Shown: positions 1-12,900 of the stretch, piece after piece
Numbering within the stretch: position 1 is the stretch's first letter
Layout of the letters: each line of letters starts with the position of its first letter
Source of the DNA: a virus
Strand: one strand, 5' to 3'
Length of the DNA: 64,000 nucleotides
IMG/VR virus record: IMGVR_UViG_3300028115_001816
Coordinates: 13,864 to 77,863 of that record
Notes under the pieces: generated by a model
Databases searched by the model: none
Seen by the model: only the letters and a program-made list of their open reading frames with translations
What the model was told of the DNA's origin: nothing
Made by a program: the position numbers and the translations under genes

Positions 1-308
1 CCGATACTGATCTAATAAAGAGAGATTTGCTAAACCACTTTGCAATACGCAAAGGTGAAAAACTAATGAATGCTGAATTTGGTACAAGCCTAAGAGATCT
101 TATTATGGATCCATTAACAGAAGAAACTAAAGCATTGATAGTTCAGGAAGTTGATGATGTAATAAAAAATGATCCAAGAGTCAGATCAGAGGGAGTTACT
201 ATTGATGAATATGAAGGTGGATTGCGTATTGAAATGGCAGTGAGATATGTCATTAACAATCAAGTAGAAAACCTAATGGTTAAGTTTGATAGGCCTACTG
301 CAGAATAA
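1..308 (+). CDS. gp25: Baseplate wedge subunit, T4 gp25-like (5'-truncated by the window edge)
   Basis: RKGEKLMNAEFGTSLRDLIMDP...NDPRV pattern of the GPW/gp25 family; frame is open back to the window start; directly upstream of a gp6-like gene. Confidence 0.85.
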   Translation, partial: DTDLIKRDLLNHFAIRKGEKLMNAEFGTSLRDLIMDPLTEETKALIVQEVDDVIKNDPRVRSEGVTIDEYEGGLRIEMAVRYVINNQVENLMVKFDRPTAE

Positions 309-336
309 TATACCTATATAATACAGTGAATAAATA
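306..336 (+). promoter_or_regulatory. T4-late-like promoter (TAATATAC...AATAAATA)
   Basis: AATAAATA at 329-336 resembles T4 late TATAAATA; intergenic, upstream of gp6. Confidence 0.55.
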
Positions 337-361
337 CTGCAATAGATAGGAATATTTAATA

Positions 362-3300
362 ATGGCTGCAAGTACAAGACAAGTAAATTTATTCGCTGCT
401 GAAGACTGGAAAAAAGTCTACGAGACTTTTAGAGAAGCAGATTTTCAAAGTTATGATTACGAAACAATTCGTAAAAGTATGGTGGATTATATCCGCACAT
501 ACTATCCTGAAGATTTCAACGATTTTATAGAATCAAGTGAATATATTGCACTTATAGATATGATTGCGTTCTTAGGACAATCATTAAGTTTCCGTGCAGA
601 CTTAAATGCTAGAGAAAACTTTTTAGAAACTGCTCAGCGTAGAGATAGCATCCTTAGATTAGCACGTATGCTAAACTACTATCCTAAACGTCAGCAGATT
701 GCAAGAGGTTTTATAAAAGTTACTAGCGTAAGAACTACAGAAGAAGTTACAGACAGTAATGGCAATAGTTTACGAGATACAGAAATAGTATGGGGAGATC
801 CTACAAACAGTGATTTCTTAGAACAATTCACAACTATTCTAAACAGTGCATTTGTAAGCACACAAAAATTTGGAAACCCTGCACTAAAAAATACTATTGG
901 TGGTATTAATATAGAAGAATATCAATTAAGTCTTAATGCAGGCACAATACCTGTTTATGATTTCAAAACAGTTGTTGGATCACAAAACTTAGAATTTGAA
1001 TTAGTAAATGGAACATACAGTGGTAAAGATTTCTTGTATGAACTACCTCCACAGCCTACCAGCACTACTAATATATTATATAGAAATGATAATAGAGGTT
1101 TTAATAGTGCTAACAATGGTTTCTTTTTCTACTTTAAACAAGGTAGTTTACAGAGTGCAGACTTTACAATAGAGGAAAAATTACCTAATAGAACAGTAGA
1201 AATTGATGTAAACAACATTGATAACAATGATGTTTGGTTATATTCACTAGATGATCAAGGCAACGAAACTACACGTTGGGAAAAAGTGCCTGCTATTTCA
1301 GGTAACAACGTAATTTATAACAGCCTTAGTCAGCAGAATAAAAATTTATTTACTGTGCGTAGTCGTGCAAATGATCAAATAAGTTTGGTTTTTGGTGATG
1401 ACGTATTTGCAAATGTACCAGTAGGTGATTTTCGTGTATATTTTAGAACAGGTGTTGGAACAACATATAAAATATCACCGGACGATATGCAAAATCTTCA
1501 GATTGTTATTCCATATGTAAGTCAAGTAAATCAAATTGAAAATTTAACAGTAAGTTTAAGTTTAACAACAACCGTTGCAAATGCAAGTGGTAGAGAAAAC
1601 TTACGTGATGTAAAAGAGAAAGCACAACAACAATATTATACACAAGATCGTATGATAACTGGAGAAGATTATCAGATCTTGCCGTACACAAAGTTTAGTA
1701 ACATTATCAAATCTAAAGCAATTAATAGAACTGCCAGTGGAATAAGTCGTTATTTAGATGTTCGTGATACTACAGGAAAATATAGTAGTACTAACATAGT
1801 GGCAGAGGACGGTATATTTTATCGTACAGAAGATTTACAAAATTTTCAATTTACTTTTGTAACAGATAGTGATATTAGTAATGTTATATCAACACAAGTA
1901 GAAAGAAATATTCTTAAAAAAGATAGTTTACACTATTATCTCAAAAATTATGGTGGCACAGATGTCACAAGTTTAAATGCAGAATGGAATCTTACTACTA
2001 GTTCAAGTGGAACTTGCACAGGCTATTTTAAGAATGATGCAGATGCTCCTCTCAAAATAGGAGATTTTACAAGTAGTAATTTGAAATTTGCTAAAGTTGG
2101 TGCATTGTTAAAATTTACTGCTCCTGCAGGAAAAGTTTTTGATGTAAACAACAATCTTATTACTGGAACAAGTGGTACAATTAATACAAAAGATTTTATA
2201 TGGGCCAGTATTTCAGCAGTAGTAACTGATGGAACAAATCAAGGTGTTGGAAATTTAGATACAGGACAAGGACCTGTCACACTTACAGAAGTAATACCAA
2301 GTGATGCAGTTTTAGATAAAGTAATTGCAGTTTGGAATACAACTATTACTTCTGCAGTTAGAAATGAAATAATACAGGCGATTGGTGATTATAAAACATT
2401 TGGATTACGTTATGATTTGGATACACAGGCTTGGGTTATTATTACAAATGCTAATTTAAATCAAGCAAATACTTTTAGTTTAGACAATGCAGGAAATACT
2501 AGTAGCACAGGATTAGATAACAGCTGGTTTTTTAAATTTACAAATGATGGAAGCACATACACTGTAAATTATAGATCAACTAGTTATATTTTTGAAAGTA
2601 AACTTGAAACACGCTTTTATTTTGATAAAGATTTAAGTATATTTGACCCTAGAACTGGTAAAACAATCAAGGACAAGATTAATATTCTTAAAGTAAATTC
2701 TTTGCCAGATACAACAGGCAGTCTTGCAGTAGATTATGCCATGCAAGTTGATGATGTAATTACAGAAACAGATGGTTACATTTTAACAAACAGAATAAAA
2801 GTTACATTTCCTGATATAGATAGTGATGGTGTAGTTGACAATCCAGATGTGTTTGATATAATTGTTGCACCGGATGTAAACGCAACAACAAAAGTTGTTT
2901 TTTATGAGACAGATACAAGTAGTGGAGGTTATCTCACTTATTCTGCAGTAGACGCAACTAGTATAGAGCAAAGATATACTACCCAGTCTGCAATAAATGA
3001 AGTAATTGCACAGTTTTCTAACGGACAAGTATTTTATGCAAGTGCTGATGATAAATTTTACATACTAAGTGTTAGTGGAGCAAACGTAAAGAGTATTGCA
3101 CAAACTACTGATTATGTAAAAAGAACTGGACGAGATCAACTATTATTTCAATATACACACAACAGTCCTAATAATAGACGTATTGATCCAAGTCCAAGTA
3201 ATATAACTGACTTGTTTTTACTAACTAGACAATATGACACCGACTATAGAAACTATATAACTGATATTACAGGCTCAGTACCAAAACCTGCTAATCCTAC

Positions 3301-3901
3301 TACTAATGAATTGCGTGATCAATATGGATCACTTGAATCTTATAAAAGTGTTAGTGATACTATAATTTTTAATGGTATTACTTATAGACCACTTTTTGGC
3401 GACAAAGCAGACGAAGAATTACAAGCAACTTTTAAAGTTGTGAAAAATAATAGTACACTAATTAGTGATTCCGAAATTAAAGAAAAAGTTATTGTTGCAA
3501 TTAACAACTACTTTGCAATTGAAAATTGGGATTTTGGAGATGTCTTTTACTTTAGTGAATTGTCTGCATATCTTTATAATGCATTATCTCCTGACGTCCT
3601 TAGTATTTTAATTGTTCCTAAGTTATCTACTAGCAACTTCGGAAGTTTATTTCAGATTCAAAGTCAAAGAGACGAAATACTAATAAGTGCAGCTACAGTC
3701 AATGATGTAGAAGTTATAGACGTTATTACTGCTAATAGCTTACAAGCATCAGGAAATATTGTTAATACTACTTCAACAAATCTAGTAACTGAAAGTGTTA
3801 GTGCAAACAGTACGAGCACTAGTGTAAGCACAACAAGCACTAGTGTAAGTTCATCTACAACTACTGTAAGTTCTAGTTCTAGTGGAGGTTATAGTTACTA
3901 A
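362..3901 (+). CDS. gp6: Baseplate wedge protein, T4 gp6-like (1179 aa)
   Basis: N-terminal DFQSYDYETIRKSMVDY...ENFLETAQRRDSILRLARMLNY; FGDDVF; QDRMITGEDY; follows gp25. Confidence 0.85.
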   Translation: MAASTRQVNLFAAEDWKKVYETFREADFQSYDYETIRKSMVDYIRTYYPEDFNDFIESSEYIALIDMIAFLGQSLSFRADLNARENFLETAQRRDSILRLARMLNYYPKRQQIARGFIKVTSVRTTEEVTDSNGNSLRDTEIVWGDPTNSDFLEQFTTILNSAFVSTQKFGNPALKNTIGGINIEEYQLSLNAGTIPVYDFKTVVGSQNLEFELVNGTYSGKDFLYELPPQPTSTTNILYRNDNRGFNSANNGFFFYFKQGSLQSADFTIEEKLPNRTVEIDVNNIDNNDVWLYSLDDQGNETTRWEKVPAISGNNVIYNSLSQQNKNLFTVRSRANDQISLVFGDDVFANVPVGDFRVYFRTGVGTTYKISPDDMQNLQIVIPYVSQVNQIENLTVSLSLTTTVANASGRENLRDVKEKAQQQYYTQDRMITGEDYQILPYTKFSNIIKSKAINRTASGISRYLDVRDTTGKYSSTNIVAEDGIFYRTEDLQNFQFTFVTDSDISNVISTQVERNILKKDSLHYYLKNYGGTDVTSLNAEWNLTTSSSGTCTGYFKNDADAPLKIGDFTSSNLKFAKVGALLKFTAPAGKVFDVNNNLITGTSGTINTKDFIWASISAVVTDGTNQGVGNLDTGQGPVTLTEVIPSDAVLDKVIAVWNTTITSAVRNEIIQAIGDYKTFGLRYDLDTQAWVIITNANLNQANTFSLDNAGNTSSTGLDNSWFFKFTNDGSTYTVNYRSTSYIFESKLETRFYFDKDLSIFDPRTGKTIKDKINILKVNSLPDTTGSLAVDYAMQVDDVITETDGYILTNRIKVTFPDIDSDGVVDNPDVFDIIVAPDVNATTKVVFYETDTSSGGYLTYSAVDATSIEQRYTTQSAINEVIAQFSNGQVFYASADDKFYILSVSGANVKSIAQTTDYVKRTGRDQLLFQYTHNSPNNRRIDPSPSNITDLFLLTRQYDTDYRNYITDITGSVPKPANPTTNELRDQYGSLESYKSVSDTIIFNGITYRPLFGDKADEELQATFKVVKNNSTLISDSEIKEKVIVAINNYFAIENWDFGDVFYFSELSAYLYNALSPDVLSILIVPKLSTSNFGSLFQIQSQRDEILISAATVNDVEVIDVITANSLQASGNIVNTTSTNLVTESVSANSTSTSVSTTSTSVSSSTTTVSSSSSGGYSY

Positions 3902-6900
3902 TGGCTCTTAAAAAAAGTTCTGTATTATTACCTAGTGTCTTTCAAACGATTAAAAATGAAAAGTTTTTAAATGCTACAGTTGACCAATTAATTAGTGAAC
4001 CTAATTTAAAAAGGTTCAATAGTTTTATAGGTCGTAAATTTGCTCCTAACTTTACAGTTGGTGATGGATATATTCAGGAAGCAAGTGTTGATAGACAAAA
4101 CTATCAATTAGAACCAGCAGTAGTTTCTCGTAATGATGCAAACCAGATAGAACACTTAACTGGATATATAGATTTTGTAAACAAACTAGGTTATAACAAT
4201 GTTGATACTACACGTCATAACGACCTGTTTTCACAACAGTATTATAATTATAGTGGTTTTGTAGATTTTGATAAACTAGTAAATTATGGCGAATACTTTT
4301 GGTTGCCTGCAGGCCCAGACAGTGTACAAGTTTTCAATAGTATAGTTGATACTGAAAAAACATACACAGTATATAGAAGTGGTGATGATATAAGATTTGA
4401 CAGTACTACTGCAGATCCTAATAGAACTATTATACTTGCAAGAGGCGGAACTTATAACTTTGAATTAAGTGAAACAGGAAATCCTTTTTGGATCCAAACT
4501 GAAACTGGAACTAGCGGAATAAGTTCTTACAGTACTGCAACTAGTACTAGAGAAGTACTAGGCGTTTCTAATAATGGTGCTACAACTGGCACTGTAACAT
4601 TTACTGTTCCAGACGTTGATACACAAAATGAAGAAATAAATGCAGTACAAGCAGCAAATCCTGACTTTGCAACAGATTTAACTTATAGACAGATACATAA
4701 TCAGCCCTATAGTACTTTTATTGATACACATGGTGGTATAGACAAACAAACAATTATAGATGGAAAAACTCTTGTATTTGTAAATACATCAACAATTTCT
4801 AGTGATTGGTCTTCAGCTCCCATAACAGAAGGTGGATTTGGCAGTTCTTTTGATGAAACTACAGTAATTGATATAGAAAATAGATATGATGTATACAACA
4901 TAGAAATACAAACTATAGATAGTGTTGATACAATAATACTAACAAGAGTCACAGATTGGCCACAAGGACAAAAAGTAAAAATTAAACAAGGTGATTCTTA
5001 CGGAAGCAGAGAATTTTTTAAAGGTGGTGATTCATTACCAAAATTAATTGCACCCTATACTGCTGGTGCTACTACATTATATTATCAAGATGGTAGTGTT
5101 GAAAATAAGTTTGGAAAAATTACACTAGTTGAGATAGATGAGATTAGTCCAATTGATATAGAAAATGATATTGTTGGAAAAACAGTTTATACAAGTGATA
5201 ATGATGTAACTTTTACTAATGGTTTGAAGGTTGAATTTAACAGTGATGTTACACCTAGTACATATGCAAGTAGAGAATATTTTGTAGAAGGAGTAGGACA
5301 ACCTCAAGGTATAACACTGACTCCTGTTGACGAATTGCTTACTCCCGAAACTTACAGTGTCAGTAGTAGTGATGGGTTTGATACTGTTGCGTATGATGCT
5401 GGCGGATGGGACGGTACACTTAATGCGCCTACTACTCAAGACTATATAGTAATAAATCGTAGTAGTCCAGATAGAAATGCGTGGAGTAGAGGAAATCGCT
5501 GGTTTCATAGAGCAGTGATAGAAGCTACTGCAGGTTATAATGAATATACTGCAGTAATAGATGACAGTGCTAGAGCAAAAAGACCTATAATTGAATTCTA
5601 TGGTGGACTTGAACTTTACAATATGGGTACGACTAGTAAAGCACCGGTCACAGTAGTAGATACTACACAAACAGATGCGTTTAGTAATGTTAATGGTTCA
5701 ACTGGTTATTTTGCTGATGGTATAGATTTACAACAGGATAATACTGTAATTTTTAGTGCAGATACAGATTCAGATGTCAGTAATAAAGTTTATCGTGTAG
5801 ATATTGTAGATCAAGATGCAAATATTTCAACAGATCCAATTATTAATCTTGTGCAAATAGATACAGTTGCAGACGGAGATTGTGTTTTAAGTACACTGGG
5901 TGCTACCAACCAAGGTAAACAGTATTGGTTAGATGGTACTACTTGGCGTACTGCACAACAAAAGACTACTATTAATCAAGATCCATTATTTGATATTTTT
6001 GATCCAGATCATGTTAGTTTTAGTGACCAAACAAAGTATCCTAGTAGTAATTTTGTTGGCAACAAACTTTTTAGTTACAAAAGAAATGGCAATGCTGCAC
6101 CTGATGCAATTTTAAATTTTGGTTTAACCTATAAAAATTTTAGCACACTAGGTGATATTGTTTTTGATAATAATTTTGATACTGATAAGTTTCAATACAC
6201 AAAAAACACAGGCAACGTAAATGTAATTTTAAGAAGTGGTCACGTTCATCAGTTTGACGCTCAAGGTGCCAGATCTTTATATAATGGTTGGACAAAAGTT
6301 CTTGAACAAAGTGTACAATATCAGGTAGTATCATATGATGTTACAGCCAATGAATTATATAGTTTTGAAATAGGTGCAAGTGTAGATACAACTAAAACTA
6401 TTCAACCTTTACGTGTATTTGTAAATGGAAAATTTATTGCACCAAGCAAATATACACACTTAGTACAAAGCGAAAGAGAATATGTTGTTTTTACAAATAA
6501 ACTTGCAGTTGATGATGTAGTTACTATTAAATTTTTTAGTAATACAAAAGCATCAAATAGCTTTTATGAAGTTCCTAGTAATTTAGAAAACAACTCCAGT
6601 AATGCAACTTTTCCTACACTTACACTAGGACAGATGCGTAACCATGTCACAACTTTTAGTACATTTATCCAAGATTTATCGGGTGTTGCTCCGGGTAATA
6701 GTAATATAAGAGATAAAAACTTTAGAGGTTACCCTGGAGATATATTACAACATAGTGCAGGACTAATAACACCAATATATGCACTTACAAACAACGAAGC
6801 AAATGTAATAAAAAGTATAAACTATGTCAAGAACGAATACACAAAATTTAAAAATAGTTTTATAGACAATATAAACAAACTAGATTTAGATTTGACAAAT

Positions 6901-9900
6901 CCTAGTAAGTGTGTTGATGACATTATAACACATATGGTAGGCAAGAAAACTAGTGCATTTCCATTCTATTACAGTGACATGCTTCCATGGGGTTCGCAAA
7001 AAAGTCAAGTAGTATACACAATTGATGATTCTACTGAGGTTGAATTTGAGTTTACAACACAGTTTGATTTGACAAGTATATCTAACAGAGGTGTTCTTGT
7101 TTATAAAAATACCACACTCTTAGTAGAAGGCAAAGATTATACATTTGACACAGTAGAAGCAAAAGTTTTACTTACAACTAATAATCTAGGTACAAGCAAC
7201 ATTGGTTTAGCAGTAAATGATACAATTACTATTGTAGAATATTCAAACAATGAAGGAAGTTTTTGTCCTCCTACTCCTAGTAAACTTGGATTATATTATA
7301 AATTTGAGCCTTACAAGTATACAGACAATACTTATACAACTGCAAAAACAGTAGTACAAGGACATGATGGTAGTACCTGGATAGGATATAATGATATAAG
7401 AGACGATATTGTTTTAGAGTTTGAAAAGCGTGTCTACAATAATATAAAAACACAATACAAGACAAATCTGTTTGATTTTTCAGAAGTAAAACCAGGATAT
7501 TTTAGAAGCTCATTAACAAATCTTAATGAATCTAATAACATAATTAGAAGTTACTTTGGCGAATGGGCTTTAAAAAATAAAGTAAGGCTACAAGAAAATA
7601 CAATAACAGATAACACAAATTTATTTACATGGAACTATACGACTAGTGTAAACACACTAAACAGAGAACGTATACCTGGATATTGGAGAGGTATATATAG
7701 ATGGTTCTATGACACTGATACACCGCATACTACACCTTGGGAAATGCTAGGACTTAGTGTTAAACCTATGTGGTGGGACGATAGATATGGCGAAGCACCT
7801 TATACTAGTGGTAACACAGTATTATGGGAAGACTTGCGTGATGGAAAACTTTACAGTGATGCTACAGGAACTACGTTTACGACTGTAACAAACAGAAAAC
7901 GTCCTGACTTATTAACTATTATTCCAGTTGATCCACAAGGAAATTTAAGAGCACCTGGCGAGTTCTTAACTGAAGGCACAGTAGTTACAAACAACAATGA
8001 GCCTTGGGCATTTAGTGATGGCAGTCCTGCAGAAACTGCTTGGGTTAGAAGTAGTGAGTATCCTTTTGTAATGCAAATACTAGCTGCCAATTTAAGACCT
8101 GCAAAGTACGGTGCATTAATGTTTGATACAAACTTATTAGAATATAATGCAGTATATGATCAAATACTACAAACAGGAAAAAGTTATAGACCTGCACTAA
8201 ATGATTTACAAATGCACGGTACACTACTTACTGATGGTACTGTACAAAAAGCAGAAGGTTATAACCAATTCATAAGTGAATATATCACAAGTACAGGGTT
8301 TAGTATAAATGATACTATTACAAATTTTAAAAACTTAGAACTAAATCTTTGTTATGGTATAGCAGGATTCACTGATAAAAAATATTTAAAAGTAGTAGCA
8401 GAAAGTGTTACACCAAGTAGCGAAAGTGAAAATATTTTTATTCCAGATGAAAATTTAAACATCTTTCTTAAGAAGAGTTTACCATTAGAACGTATTTTGT
8501 ATAGTGGCGTTCAGATTATTAAAAGAACAAATGGTTATGAATTACAAGGTTATGATACAGAAAATCCATTTTTCAAAATTATCCCTAGTGAACGGACTAC
8601 AAATCCTTACGAACATACTGTAGGACAAAATACATATTTTGAGTTTCAACAGTATGAAAACGTGATTGCTAATATTCCATATGGCACAGTAATCACAACA
8701 AAACAACAAGTATTTGACTTTTTAGTAAGTTATCAGAGATATCTTTTAAGTAAAGGATTTGTTTTTGATGGAATCACATCTAGAGGTGATAAAAATGATT
8801 TTGTTACAGGTGGTAAAGAATTTGCTTTTTGGACAGATCAAAATTGGGAAACAAATAGTGTTATAGTTTTGAGTCCATTTAGTGAAGGTCTTAAATTAAA
8901 TAGAGCTCTTGCTACGGTAGATGATATTACAGTAAATGGAAGTCCTAAAGATGCTAATGGAAGTATTATAAATCCAAAATTTTATGATGTTACACGTATT
9001 GATAATTTTGTAGAAATAATTTTAGACAAAGAAAATACACAACTTTATAGTGTACAACTTGATCCAATTCAATATGAACATGCCATAGTTTTAGATAATC
9101 AAACTATTTTCAACGATGTTATTTTCCAACCAGAACTAGGAAATAGACATGATAGATTAAAACTTATTGGTTCTAAAAGTGGAGACTGGAATGGAACACT
9201 ACACGCTCCTGGCTTCTTTTTAAATGAAGATAAAATCAACATTTGGCAATCATACGTAGATTATAAAAAAGGTGATTTAGTAAGTTTTCAAAATAAAACA
9301 TATTCTGCCAAGTATGAGATAACTGGGAGCAACATTTTTAACTTTGATGACTGGAATGTTGTTAACAATATGCAGACTGGCCTAATTAAAAACTTAACTA
9401 ATAAAGCAAGTCAATTTAAAGAATTTTTTGAGATAGACGGACTTAATTTAGAAGATGGCGTTGATAAACTAGGTAAAGGCACAATAGGGTTCAATCAAAA
9501 GGATTATCTTGCAGGATTAGGTTTAGATGATGTGAGTCAGGTAAAGTTTTATCAAGGCATGATAAAACAAAAAGGTACCGGATCTGCAATTAACAAACTT
9601 ATAGATGCTAAACTTACAAATTTAGATCAATCTATAGATTATTTTGAAGAATGGGCGTTTAGAGTTGGTGAATATGGAAGTATTGACAGCAACCAAGTAA
9701 TAGAAGCAATTATTCCGGAAGAAAATGCAACGAATAATCCTGTAGTGATACATTATCATAATAACGGAGAATTAAGTACTCTTACAGATGATGATCATTA
9801 CCATATTCAACAAAAAGATTTATATAAAACACCTAACAATTATACCAGTGATGTTTTCCCAATCAGAGATTCAAATACTGATACTAAAAATGATTTAGAT

Positions 9901-12900
9901 ACTGCAGGATATGCAAGACTAGATGATGTGGATTACACTGCATTTACTGCAGATGAATTAGTTGATTTATCAAATAATTTAGCAGTCATAGGAAAAGGCG
10001 ACAAAATATGGACTGCAACTGATACAAATAATACATGGAGTATACGTAGAGTTGATGAAACTTTAAGTACAATTACTAGTGTACAAAGCACAGGCAATGG
10101 ATATTTAATTTATACAACAGATACTAATCACGGATTAGTAAAAGATGACTTTGTAATTATTAGAGCTCAACAACCAATAGGAAAAGTTGCTAAGATATTT
10201 GAAGTATCTAGTCCAAATAGTTTTACAATTGCTGATACAACAACAGAAGCTGATATACAAAACGTTAGTATCCCAATGTTCAAACTTAGTAATGTAAGAT
10301 TTACACAAGCAAGTGATTTAAGTTCATATACTCCTATAAATGGTTGGAATAATAAAGAAGTCGTATGGGTAGATAAGGATAAAGAAAATAAGTGGAGTGT
10401 ATTACAAAATACTAGACCATGGACAACTACTGGTATTAAATCTACTGCAAGTGTTACTGCAAGTGATAATCTAGGAACAAGTATAACAATTAATGCACAA
10501 GGGACACTAGCAATTGCAGGAGCACCGGAACAAGATGCAGGTGCAATTATTCCATTTAGACGTGCAGAAAGTGGTGCACTAGTAGAAGGCAATATTAGAA
10601 CAGATGCTACAATAGGTGATAGTTTAGATAGATTTGGAGAAGCAGTAGCGGCAGGCATAGATTATATTGCAGTCGGAGCACCAGAAACAGAAACTGGCAC
10701 AGGAGCAGTATTCATTTATTTTGTAGATGTGGCAGGAGACTTAAATAGACGTCCTACTATTAGACCAAGTGGTTTGAGTAGTTCTGCTAATTTTGGTAAA
10801 AGTGTTGTAATGAGTGGCAATGGTAGATACTTATTTGTTGGTGCTCCTGGTGATAACACAATTTACGCATACACCTTAGTAACAATTCCTGAATCTAGTG
10901 TTGCTGTTGATACAATTACAAGTGATACAAGTGCAATATACTCTATTAATTTTACGCCTATAAGTCAAGAAACATTAAATGTAGTTGATCAAAACGGTAA
11001 AGTCTATCTTCCAAACAAAGATTTTACACTAAGTGGTCCAAGCCAGATTACGTTTACTGCAAATCCTGCGAATTTATTACAAATTGTTGTAAGACAACAA
11101 GACTACTTTGCACTAAGTGATACAATAACTCCTTTTGATAGTATGTCTGGGGACAACTATGGTTATTCTATTGATTGTGATTACAGTGGTAGAAATATTG
11201 TAGTAGGTGCTCCTAATGCTAGTGTTGCAGGAACAGACAGTGCAGTTATTGCAGATGCTGGTGAAGTTAGCGTTATTTCACAAGTTGTCCAACAGTTTGC
11301 TGGTGATGGAAGTACAAAAATATTTACTACTCAAGAGACATTACAAACAAAAATCTTTGTAGAAGTAGATGGAATACTACAAACAGAAACAGATAATGCA
11401 GACGTTCCTACAGACAATGATGGAAGTAGTGAAGGATTTTATCTAAGATCTAGCAATACAATTACATTCAAGTATTCACCAGCTTCAGGTGCTAAAATTG
11501 TTGTATACACTGGTACATATTTTGAAAAACAAAAAATAGATCAAAACGTAACAGGACAGACGCCGTCTACTGGAGAGCAATTTGGTTATAGTGTTGCTAT
11601 TGATAGCAGAGGGACAATGATCGCTATTGGTAGTCCTGGTGAAGATGAAATAGATATAGATACAGGTAGTGTGTTTGTTTTTCAAGATAGTGGTAAAAAC
11701 TACGGAACTGTCACAACAAATACACCTCATAATCAAACTTCAGGCGATACATTTTATATAGATAACAGATTGATTACTGTTACAAGTAGTGCAGATAATC
11801 CAAGTAATTTAGCAAGCGATATCAATCTTGCTAGTATTCCAGGTGTTACAGCAAGTGTCAACTCAAATGGTGCAATAGTCATAACATCTACTAATACAGA
11901 GGAATATAATAAACTTACAATTAATCCTGGTACAGGACAGATGTTTGCAAGAGATGATGTATTTGAAATATTTAAATTTACACAAAAAATAAATCATCCT
12001 CAAGGAGCATCAAACGAAAACTTTGGTAGAGCAGTAGCATTTGACAAGTACATCAATAATGTAACACTATTAGGCGGGACAAGAAACTTAGTTGCTAGTA
12101 GTGATAAGGCAAGTACACGACTAAGTGTCAGATTTGATGTTGAATCGAATTCAAATAAAGAAAATTATTTAGATGCTACTACCACATTTGATGCTGAAGG
12201 TACAACATTTACAGACAAGAGAACAGAAAGTGGAGCTGCATATCTATATGAATTGCTAGATGCTCACAGTGCTACTATTGATAATCCAGATAAGTTAGTA
12301 TTTGGCCAACAGTTGACAACAACAAACGTTGCAACTGCTGATCAATTTGGATTCAGTGTAGCCTTTAATGATAATAGAATTTATGTAGGTAGTCCCCAAG
12401 ACACAATAGTTAGAGGTTCTGTAACTTTAACTAACAGCGGAAGTGTATACGAATTTAACAATGATAACAGATTAAGTAGTTGGACTGCTATACGAAATGA
12501 AGACACTAGAATAGATGTAACACAAATTAATCGTGTTGCACTTTATAATAAAAATACAAAAGAAATAAGTGTATTTTTGGATTACATTGATCCAGTAAAA
12601 GGTAAAATTGCAGGTGTTGCAAATGCAGAATTAAGTTATGTTAGTAAAACAGATCCTGCAATGTACGCAAACAGTTTATGGAGTTACAAATACAAGCATA
12701 GACTATGGTGGGATACTAGCACAGTTCACTACTTAAATGCTGAACAAAGCGATTTAGATTATCGTAAAAATTATTGGGGAACAACTTTTCCAGGTAGTAC
12801 AATAGATGTATATGAATGGATTGAAAGTAATGTACCGCCAAGTGAGTATACAGGCGAAGGCACAGTAAAAGATGTAAACTTATTTACTAGTGCTAATGTT

